A program made the position numbers and the translations under genes. From the NCBI GenBank assembly GCA_001695645.1, contig LVZN01000005.1, forward strand, positions 1 to 32,000: 32,000 nucleotides of DNA. Reading direction: 5' to 3'. This document shows, piece after piece, positions 16,865 through 23,505 of this stretch. The DNA comes from Erysipelotrichaceae bacterium MTC7. GTDB lineage: Bacteria > Bacillota_I > Bacilli_A > Erysipelotrichales > Erysipelotrichaceae. A model generated the notes under the pieces. The model had not been told where the DNA came from. It did not search any database and was given only the letters and a program-made list of their open reading frames with translations. Positions within the stretch are counted from its first letter, which is position 1. The number at the start of each line of letters is the position of its first letter.

Positions 16865-18613
16865 ATGAAAAAAATTAAAATATTTATGGTATTGTCATTG
16901 ATGCTTACCGTGTTTGTAGGATTCATGAATCATGCAACTAACGTAAAAGCAGCAACCCCTGTGATTTGTGAATCAACAGACAATGGAATGTCAATGAAAG
17001 TTGGTGATAAGCTATCTGAGCATATTCCCGACATTGCGTTTGCAAGGTTTGTAATAAAGAATGTGTTGGGTGGTAGTGCTGTAGATCAAACACCCGAGAC
17101 GTATATACTTACCGAACAGGATCTAACAAAGATTTCAAATTATAAAAATATGAATATAACTGCAGACAGTGTGGATGAAAGTTCAAATTATCATGTACAG
17201 TCACTTGAAGGAATCCATAACTTTGAGAATCTTCAAACGTTTCGAATAAGTCAGTCGAAAACGCCATCTGATAGTCGGCTGACATCGCTACCAATGGAAC
17301 TATCACGTTTAAATAAATCATTGATAAGCTTGACTGTTTACAGTAGTGGATTAAAAGAAGTTCCAGATGTAGTGTCTTGTTTAACGAACTTAACAACGTT
17401 AAACTTTGGATACAACCAAATTACAGAAGGCGTAGATAACGTGTTACCATTACTGCAGCTAAAGACCCTGATATTACTTGGTAACTACATTAGTGAAGTG
17501 CCTGCTGGTATTGGGGCATTAACTCAGTTGGATCAGTTATCATTTGCATTTAATCGACTGACAGAAATACCTGAAGAAGTCTACACACTGCCAAATGTGC
17601 GGATCCTTGCATTTGCAACCAATCAAATCACACATATAAATGGCGCTGAAAATATAGTATCTCCAAATCTAACGCAATTCACTCTTGCGTTCAATCAAAT
17701 TGCAGATTTTTCGCCAATCCTTGGGTTAGGTACAGGTGGACAGTTTGCAAACCAGTATCGTATAGCCAAACCAATCATGGTGGAAGAGGGAACAACCGTT
17801 GTTGATGTTGATTTAAAGGATTATGTATTCAATCACATGGGCGCAAGAATTGAGGGAAATGCAGATACAGTATTATATTTTCCTGATATGGTAACGGAAT
17901 TTACGTTCTATGATGTAAATCAATCATATTACTCACATTACAACACACCACGCATTGTGAATAGTGAACGCGAAAATGCGATTACGATTGATCGGAAAGA
18001 AAAGGAAAGTGTTATTAAGCTAGAAATCAAAGAAAATGAACAATTTGGAAGACACGTGATGTTTCGACTTGAAGCAACTGGCGAAAAGACAGATGATTTG
18101 CATAACTGGAGTTCATTTGGTGTTTATAATAACGACATTACGTACATTGTTCCAATCGAAGAATACGTCATTCCAACAACTGGTTATATCGTTCATTACT
18201 GGAAAGATGCAATAGGTACAGGCATAGATCATGAAAACTATCTTGGAACACATCGTAGTGAAGAAATTTATATGAATGGTGATGAAGTTGAACTAAATGA
18301 TGAACTAAAGAATTTATTCCTAAATAAAGATCAGTATTTTGTATTGGATCGTGTTAGTGCAGAGAAACTAACGATTGATATTGAGATACTAGATAACAAT
18401 GTTTTCCATGTCGTATATCGAAGAGACTTACCAGCGATTGCACCTGATCCAGAAGTGAAAGACGAACCAAAAGTAGAACCAAAGCAAGAAATTGTAGGTT
18501 TACCAAGTATTGCCACATATGACACGGTAGATGTATTGTTCTACTTGCTTTTAATCAGTGCCATGTCTGTAAGTATTCTTGTTCTTGTAAAAGCGAAAGG
18601 ACAAAAACGATAA
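16865..18613 (+). CDS. Secreted leucine-rich-repeat (internalin-like) surface protein with a C-terminal sorting-like signal (LPSIATY + TM + KAKGQKR)
   Basis: RBS AAGGAGA precedes ATG 16865; the ORF-track GTG 16811 lies inside the leader terminator. Signal peptide MKKIKIFMVLSLMLTVFVGFMNHATNVKA/A. About 7 LRRs of the LxxLxLxxNxIxEVP type. The C-terminal beta-rich module ends in NNVFHVVYRRD, like the repeats of the 1136-aa protein. Confidence 0.85.
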   Translation: MKKIKIFMVLSLMLTVFVGFMNHATNVKAATPVICESTDNGMSMKVGDKLSEHIPDIAFARFVIKNVLGGSAVDQTPETYILTEQDLTKISNYKNMNITADSVDESSNYHVQSLEGIHNFENLQTFRISQSKTPSDSRLTSLPMELSRLNKSLISLTVYSSGLKEVPDVVSCLTNLTTLNFGYNQITEGVDNVLPLLQLKTLILLGNYISEVPAGIGALTQLDQLSFAFNRLTEIPEEVYTLPNVRILAFATNQITHINGAENIVSPNLTQFTLAFNQIADFSPILGLGTGGQFANQYRIAKPIMVEEGTTVVDVDLKDYVFNHMGARIEGNADTVLYFPDMVTEFTFYDVNQSYYSHYNTPRIVNSERENAITIDRKEKESVIKLEIKENEQFGRHVMFRLEATGEKTDDLHNWSSFGVYNNDITYIVPIEEYVIPTTGYIVHYWKDAIGTGIDHENYLGTHRSEEIYMNGDEVELNDELKNLFLNKDQYFVLDRVSAEKLTIDIEILDNNVFHVVYRRDLPAIAPDPEVKDEPKVEPKQEIVGLPSIATYDTVDVLFYLLLISAMSVSILVLVKAKGQKR

Positions 18614-18648
18614 CAAGGATTAGAATTGAAAGCTCTATAATTATTCTT

Positions 18649-18680
18649 CAGCAGTAACGCTCATGTTGCTGCTGTTTCTT
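18649..18680 (+). terminator. Intrinsic terminator after the LRR gene
   Basis: CAGCAGTAAC pairs with GTTGCTGCTG (10 bp, one G-U), loop GCTCAT, followed by TTTCTT. Confidence 0.7.
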
Positions 18681-18806
18681 ATATAAAATGGCGTAAAGAA
18701 AAAAATATATAGATATTGATTAACTATTATATGATTATAACCATATAATAAGAGGAATAACATTAAAGCAGTATGGTTAATTTATATAGATGGCAAATAA
18801 AATCGC

Positions 18807-18835
18807 TTTACAAGTAAAGTTGACTCTTTTATGAT
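18807..18835 (+). promoter_or_regulatory. Sigma-A-type promoter of module B
   Basis: TTTACA (18807-18812), 17-nt spacer, TATGAT (18830-18835). Confidence 0.45.
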
Positions 18836-18841
18836 AAAAGT

Positions 18842-19033
18842 GTGGATATCATAAAGTATTCATTTGTGTGTGTGTGTTAATGGAGATTCATTTTTCTCGG
18901 AGGGCAATTTCGATAGTAAAAAGGTTTACATGAACACAAAAGAAATTGAAAAACCTCTACAAGAATGTGGCGATATGACACCATGTATCCTTACTCAGAC
19001 AGTTCGTAATTGTGCATTATGAACTGTTTTTTT
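18842..19033 (+). ncRNA. Stand-alone leader-like transcript (module B): candidate sRNA/decoy RNA or small-peptide mRNA
   Basis: A promoter and a strong terminator bracket about 190 nt. The sequence is paralogous to the 5' leader of the downstream adhesin gene, but no RBS or gene follows it. The only ORF is 30 codons (18930-19022). Confidence 0.4.
19000..19033 (+). terminator. Intrinsic terminator of module B
   Basis: CAGTTCGTAAT pairs with ATTATGAACTG (11 bp, one G-U), loop TGTGC, T7. Confidence 0.85.
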
Positions 19034-19138
19034 CTGCAAAAACACAATACCTATTGAAAATAATTAAATATAAATATAAATATTAGTATGGAACAAACGA
19101 TATAATGATAAATTTATATGGTAAGTCAAGGGTATCGC

Positions 19139-19167
19139 TTTACTAAAGTAGAAACATGCTTTATGAT
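19139..19167 (+). promoter_or_regulatory. Sigma-A-type promoter of module C (1136-aa adhesin gene)
   Basis: TTTACT (19139-19144), 17-nt spacer, TATGAT (19162-19167). It is positionally homologous to the module B promoter. Confidence 0.45.
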
Positions 19168-19173
19168 AAAAAT

Positions 19174-19417
19174 ATAGAATATTAAAAATATTCATGTGTG
19201 TGTGCGTTAATAGGGAAATTACAATTATTGGCGGGTATAGAAGGAAGACTATCCCAGGCTTTAATCACTTGAACTGAAGTGATTTTACCAATAGATATCA
19301 ACAGGGATATCCTTTTGTGGACCCAATATTTCTTATCTTTATTAATGCAGTTCATTAGTGTAGTACTTGGACTGCTTTTTTGTATTCCAAGTACCTGTGT
19401 GTTAAGGAGGAAAGAAT
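19174..19417 (+). promoter_or_regulatory. Long 5' leader (C) ending in an intrinsic terminator just before the RBS
   Basis: It contains the hairpins AATCACTT-gaactg-AAGTGATT (19263-19284) and GATATC-aacagg-GATATC (19294-19311), the terminator at 19348-19381, then AAGGAGG and ATG 19418. Confidence 0.55.
19348..19381 (+). terminator. Leader terminator/attenuator C
   Basis: CAGTTCA (19348-19354) pairs with TGGACTG (19368-19374). The apex AGT (19357-19359) pairs with ACT (19365-19367), followed by C then T6. It lies 36 nt upstream of ATG 19418. Confidence 0.7.
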
Positions 19418-22400
19418 ATGAAAGTAAAGGAAAGCACCAGGAAGATATTGATAGGTTTATTAACATTTGTGCTTTTGATTGGAGTGGTTTTTGTAGGAAC
19501 TACACAAAATGCTAGGGCAAATACAGAACGGCCAGTAAAAGGGGATCTTGGGCAATTAAACTCAACAGCTATCTATGGGGAGAAAGACCGTGGAACTCCT
19601 GTAAGCGGAGAACTTGAGTTTACAAATTTTTCAGAAGATGGAAATGTAACAGCAACAAAAAAAATTACTAAACTAGAAAATGGTAAATTCGAAATAACGT
19701 TTACCACAAAAACAAAAAACATTGTAAAATTAACAGAGAAGCAAATCAATGTAGTTATTGTTTTTGATAAAAGTGGAAGTATGAAAAATGAAGTAAAGTA
19801 TTGTAAACAGTATAATCTAAATGATTGCAGAAATAACAAAAATAAAAACGATGGATATACAAAGGAAGTCATTACTAAAGCAAAGTGGGATAATGCAAAA
19901 GCGGGTGTAAACTCACTGGTTGACAATTTGATAAAAACATACGGAAAAGATGTATCAATTCAGTTTGTTACATTTGACAATGGCGCTACAATAAAAACAG
20001 AATCCCCAATATACCAAGAAAATGGTGAAGCTTCAAACAGCACAGATTTGATATATGAAAATGGGAATTACTCTTTTGATAGTGAATTATTTGGAAAAGC
20101 AAATGGTTGGACAAACATCAAAGACGGATTTGATAAAGCAAATACTGCACTTTCGAATGTGACAAACAAGTTTACTGAGGATGAACAAAATATTGTGTTC
20201 CTATTAGGAGATGGTGAACCAAGATTGAGTAATGATCCCGATGCAGCGACTATAGCACATAATGAGGCAGTTACTGCATCAAGCATTGTGAAGAAAAATG
20301 CTACGGTATATACTTTAGGATATGATGTAGAGGTTAACGGGACTGCAGAAAGCAATTTGAAGTCATATGCAACACTAAAGGATAACAAACCGTTATATTG
20401 GGCAGGCAGCATTGATAATATTAAAACGGTAATTCAGTCAATTGTGCGCGCAATAAATGAAGAAGTGACATCAATTGAAGGCATGATTCATGATATGATT
20501 CCTTCATATTTTACAGTAAGTAGTGTCAAAAATGAGTACATAACAAAAACAGCAGATGGTACGGCTGTTAAGATTCCAATGACTGGTGGTGAAGCAGATA
20601 AAGATGGCTATGTTACAGCGACAACAACATTTACAGTTACATTGGATGAATCAAAAGTTTTAGAACCAGGTTGGTATGCAATTAATGATCATTCCAATGG
20701 TCAAGTAAAATTTGTCTATGGAGAAAGTGCATCTGGTTCAAATGACGATGAAGTTGTCATTAAAGCTGCTATTGATGAAGAAAATGAAGGGAATCCGGCT
20801 GTTTATGCATATCCGGAACAAGGCTATATTTTGCGTCGTACATTTGTTGAAAGTGATGGCATAAAAACACCATCGAGACCGGATGTTCAATCTACCACTA
20901 AGTTTATTACTGGACAATCACTCGATAATCAGACGAAGAACATTGCATTTGATGCGAGTCATTTTGAAAATGAAAGCGAATTGTTAGCTGATATTGATGC
21001 AACAGATAATAATGGAGTTGTGATTGGATACTGGAAACACAACCAACAAAATCCTGTTTCGACTACAACAATTACACCAATTATAGAGAACAACGTAGTT
21101 GAAGAAGAATTTGTTTTTGTACGAGAAAAACAAAAATATATCATTAACCATCATATCGTCGATGGAAACGAAGATGAAATTGCTTTAACACAACCTGGCT
21201 TAGGTGAGGACGTATACAAAGAGTTGAATGCGCCTGTCATGATTGAAACAGCAGGTCATGAGTTCCTTGGTGATTCAAGTGCTCCAAATTTTGTTTATCG
21301 CGACCATAAAATTGGTGGTGTGTCTTCAACTGCAAGCACATTCAATATCCAAGCCGATGATAATGCCAACGTAGTAGATGTATATTATGTTCCTCACAAA
21401 TATAAAGATGAGGCACCTTATGTGATTAACTATGTTGATATAACAGATGGTGAAGAAAATGCCACTGCGATTCCTGGAAGCACATCGGAAACAGGGCAAT
21501 TAGGTTATGATCAATCAATTGACTTGAATACTAAACAACATACATTTGCTGGATATTACTATGTTGATACAATCACAACGGATGGAGAAGGTGCAACAAC
21601 GTTGACAGCAATTCGACCTGAAGAAGGCGATGACTCAGCACTAAGTGTAGCGAGTATTCGTTATAAACGTGTGCAAGGAACGTATGCAATTCAAGAACAT
21701 TACCAAGAATTAGATGGTAGTTACTCAGATGAACCAATGAAAGTCAGTGGGTTGTTGAATGCTGGTACAGTAGTGCGTGTCGTGCAAGAAGTAAGTGATC
21801 CGATTGGAGGAGTTATAACTGAGACGGTTACAAATACAAAAGCACAAACACATGAGTTAAATACGGATCTCACAAATCCAGCACTTGGAGACAAGCTAAC
21901 TATTCCAAACACAGGAACTAGTGAACTTGGACAAGTAGTATTCCATGTATATTACAAATTGAAAATGGCACCAGTAGCAGTCGAATATCACTATGATGAT
22001 GGAACAGCTAAGTCAAGACAAGACTTACCAGCTGTGTATGTTACTGGGTCAGCTAATTTAACTCAAGAACATATTGATGCAGGTAACTTGAATGGCTTAT
22101 ATACAACTGATAGCACGCCAGAAACTGTAGCTAATGTAACGAATGATGGTGTAGTATTCCATGTATACTACACAAGAAAAACAGCACCAGTTGTAGTGCG
22201 TTACTATCACGATACTTTCGATAATGATGGATATTTGGGTGAGGACATTATTGCTACGTATAAAGTTGGCGAGTCTGTAAATGCAGCGGATGTAATCACT
22301 GCTAATATGATGGACAAATATCGTCCAGTGAAATATCTAGGAGGAGCATTTATTGGCGAAACGACAGTGGTTGTTAGCGAAGATCCAACCGGAGCATTCA

Positions 22401-22828
22401 ACATTATCTATATGCCAGCACCAGTTGGTAAAGCAACTTATAAGGTAATGTTCTGGTTAGATGAAATTGGAACATCAACTACTAGTGAAAAGTTCATCAA
22501 TCAATACGAAAGCAGTGAATTGTTTGATGAAGGAACACAAATTGATGCTAAAGATATTGATACTGAGCGTTTCCTAACAACTGGACTAATGTTCAAATCT
22601 ATCGATAAAGAATCTTTAGAAATTGTTGCTGATGGGGAAAATGTATTCCATGTTATTTACATAAGTAATGCACCATCAAAAGCACCAGAAACTACAATCC
22701 TTGGACTTCCAGCGATTGCTACAGGTGATGTAAATAATGCGATTGCATACTTAACATTATTACTGTTAGCTGTTAGTGCAGTTGTAGGAACATACAAAGT
22801 AAGAAAAAATAGAAAAAATGAAGCATGA
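19418..22828 (+). CDS. Large secreted adhesin: N-terminal VWA domain + central region + six MucBP-like repeats + sorting-like signal (LPAIATG + TM + KVRKNRKNEA)
   Basis: RBS AAGGAGG. Signal peptide with NARA/NT cleavage. MIDAS DKSGS at 19766. The repeats each end in a V(V/F)(D/H)VYY-type strand. The C terminus is tripartite. Confidence 0.88.
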   Translation: MKVKESTRKILIGLLTFVLLIGVVFVGTTQNARANTERPVKGDLGQLNSTAIYGEKDRGTPVSGELEFTNFSEDGNVTATKKITKLENGKFEITFTTKTKNIVKLTEKQINVVIVFDKSGSMKNEVKYCKQYNLNDCRNNKNKNDGYTKEVITKAKWDNAKAGVNSLVDNLIKTYGKDVSIQFVTFDNGATIKTESPIYQENGEASNSTDLIYENGNYSFDSELFGKANGWTNIKDGFDKANTALSNVTNKFTEDEQNIVFLLGDGEPRLSNDPDAATIAHNEAVTASSIVKKNATVYTLGYDVEVNGTAESNLKSYATLKDNKPLYWAGSIDNIKTVIQSIVRAINEEVTSIEGMIHDMIPSYFTVSSVKNEYITKTADGTAVKIPMTGGEADKDGYVTATTTFTVTLDESKVLEPGWYAINDHSNGQVKFVYGESASGSNDDEVVIKAAIDEENEGNPAVYAYPEQGYILRRTFVESDGIKTPSRPDVQSTTKFITGQSLDNQTKNIAFDASHFENESELLADIDATDNNGVVIGYWKHNQQNPVSTTTITPIIENNVVEEEFVFVREKQKYIINHHIVDGNEDEIALTQPGLGEDVYKELNAPVMIETAGHEFLGDSSAPNFVYRDHKIGGVSSTASTFNIQADDNANVVDVYYVPHKYKDEAPYVINYVDITDGEENATAIPGSTSETGQLGYDQSIDLNTKQHTFAGYYYVDTITTDGEGATTLTAIRPEEGDDSALSVASIRYKRVQGTYAIQEHYQELDGSYSDEPMKVSGLLNAGTVVRVVQEVSDPIGGVITETVTNTKAQTHELNTDLTNPALGDKLTIPNTGTSELGQVVFHVYYKLKMAPVAVEYHYDDGTAKSRQDLPAVYVTGSANLTQEHIDAGNLNGLYTTDSTPETVANVTNDGVVFHVYYTRKTAPVVVRYYHDTFDNDGYLGEDIIATYKVGESVNAADVITANMMDKYRPVKYLGGAFIGETTVVVSEDPTGAFNIIYMPAPVGKATYKVMFWLDEIGTSTTSEKFINQYESSELFDEGTQIDAKDIDTERFLTTGLMFKSIDKESLEIVADGENVFHVIYISNAPSKAPETTILGLPAIATGDVNNAIAYLTLLLLAVSAVVGTYKVRKNRKNEA
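21134..22663 (+). repeat. Six tandem ~70-90-aa protein repeats (MucBP-like) within the adhesin gene
   Basis: Repeat boundaries (aa): 573-657 (...VVDVYYV), 667-750, 755-846 (...VVFHVYYK), 851-918 (...VVFHVYYT), 923-999 (...AFNIIYMP), 1005-1082 (...NVFHVIYIS). Each repeat starts with a Y-x-[IV]-x-[YH] strand. Confidence 0.6.
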
Positions 22829-22865
22829 TAAGTAACAAGATACATAAGTAAACATCATGTCAAAA

Positions 22866-22892
22866 GGAGGAGAGAACAAGCTCTCCTCTTTT
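22866..22892 (+). terminator. Intrinsic terminator after the adhesin gene
   Basis: GAGGAGAG-aacaag-CTCTCCTC followed by TTTT. Confidence 0.75.
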
Positions 22893-22979
22893 GTATGTTT
22901 ACTAAAAAAAGGATGATTTTAAGGAAATGTTAAGGAAAAAGAAGTACACTTGATTTTCCTTTAAGGCTTACCTTTTGCG

Positions 22980-22988
22980 TGCTATAAT
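22980..22988 (+). promoter_or_regulatory. Extended -10 (TGcTATAAT) for ispF-gltX
   Basis: It lies 28 nt upstream of ATG 23017, with AAGGAGGG in between. Confidence 0.5.
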
Positions 22989-23016
22989 AGTTATGCTTGT
23001 AAAAAGGAGGGTTGCG

Positions 23017-23505
23017 ATGTATAGAATTGGACAATCAAGTGATGTTCACCGCTTTATTGAAGGCGAGTATCTTACGCTTGGTGGAGTGAAAATTGATGCA
23101 CCCTTTGCTGTTGATGCACATTCGGATGGTGATGCACTTGTTCACGCAATTGCAGAAGCGATACTAGGAGCACTTGCTAAGCGTGATCTTGGTACCCATT
23201 TCAGCGACACAGCCCAAGAGAATGAAAATCGCAATTCGCTTGAGATTCTTGCTGAAGTTGTGCAAATCATGGAACGTGAAGGTTATAAGATTGGCAATGT
23301 GGATAGTTTAATTATGATAGAAACACCCAAAATGGCACCTTATAATGCACAGATGAAAGAAAATCTTGCTCGTGTCCTTCACTGTGATACAAATCAAGTG
23401 AATGTGAAAGCAACAAGAGGTGAAAAAGTCGGCTTTGTGGGAAGACAAGAAGGAGTTCTTGCCCAAGCAGTCGTATTATTACAAAGGAGAAACGAAAATG
23501 AGTAG
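23017..23505 (+). CDS. ispF: 2-C-methyl-D-erythritol 2,4-cyclodiphosphate synthase
   Basis: [13 protein letters not shown]... and [11 protein letters not shown] metal-binding motifs. RBS AAGGAGGG precedes ATG 23017. The ORF-track start 22975 lies inside the promoter. Confidence 0.93.
   Translation: MYRIGQSSDVHRFIEGEYLTLGGVKIDAPFAVDAHSDGDALVHAIAEAILGALAKRDLGTHFSDTAQENENRNSLEILAEVVQIMEREGYKIGNVDSLIMIETPKMAPYNAQMKENLARVLHCDTNQVNVKATRGEKVGFVGRQEGVLAQAVVLLQRRNENE

Larger units (their letters stand above)
18779..19381 (+). repeat. Tandem duplication of a promoter-leader-terminator module (copy B 18779-19033, copy C 19111-19381; offset 331-332 bp)
   Basis: Shared blocks occur in the same order: AATTTATAT, ATCGCTTTAC, TTTATGATAAAA, TATTCAT(T)TGTGTGTG..GTTAAT.GG, GATAT..CA....ATCCTT, and CAGTTC...GAACTG/GGACTG + T-run. 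The central parts have diverged. Confidence 0.7.

Noticed and set aside
19194-19277. 27-codon uORF in leader C (MCVCVNREITIIGGYRRKTIPGFNHLN), whose stop lies in the GAACTG hairpin loop.
   Set aside because: No SD is present and the start codon is absent from the homologous position in module B. The frame is not conserved with leader A. I note it only as a possible ribosome-dependent attenuation element, which I cannot support.
16650-19417. Whether the adhesin leaders are c-di-GMP riboswitches, which control surface proteins in clostridia, or T-box or other known riboswitches.
   Set aside because: I could not find the GEMM-I core (GGCAAACC ... GGGACGCAAAGCC), the T-box sequence (AGGGTGGNACCGCG) or other consensus strings I know. 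The question stays open and needs cmsearch.
19279-19515. ORF-track 78-aa ORF running through leader C, its terminator and the adhesin start. It includes MQFISVV..., similar to MQFICVV... in leader A.
   Set aside because: The similarity is explained by nucleotide conservation of the terminator hairpin, including the compensatory change. There is no RBS, the ORF ends differ between copies, and it overlaps the adhesin start out of frame.
21902-21916. Internal IPNTG pentapeptide in the 1136-aa adhesin, which resembles an LPXTG-type sortase motif.
   Set aside because: It lies about 270 aa from the C terminus inside a repeat and is not followed by a hydrophobic segment or basic tail.
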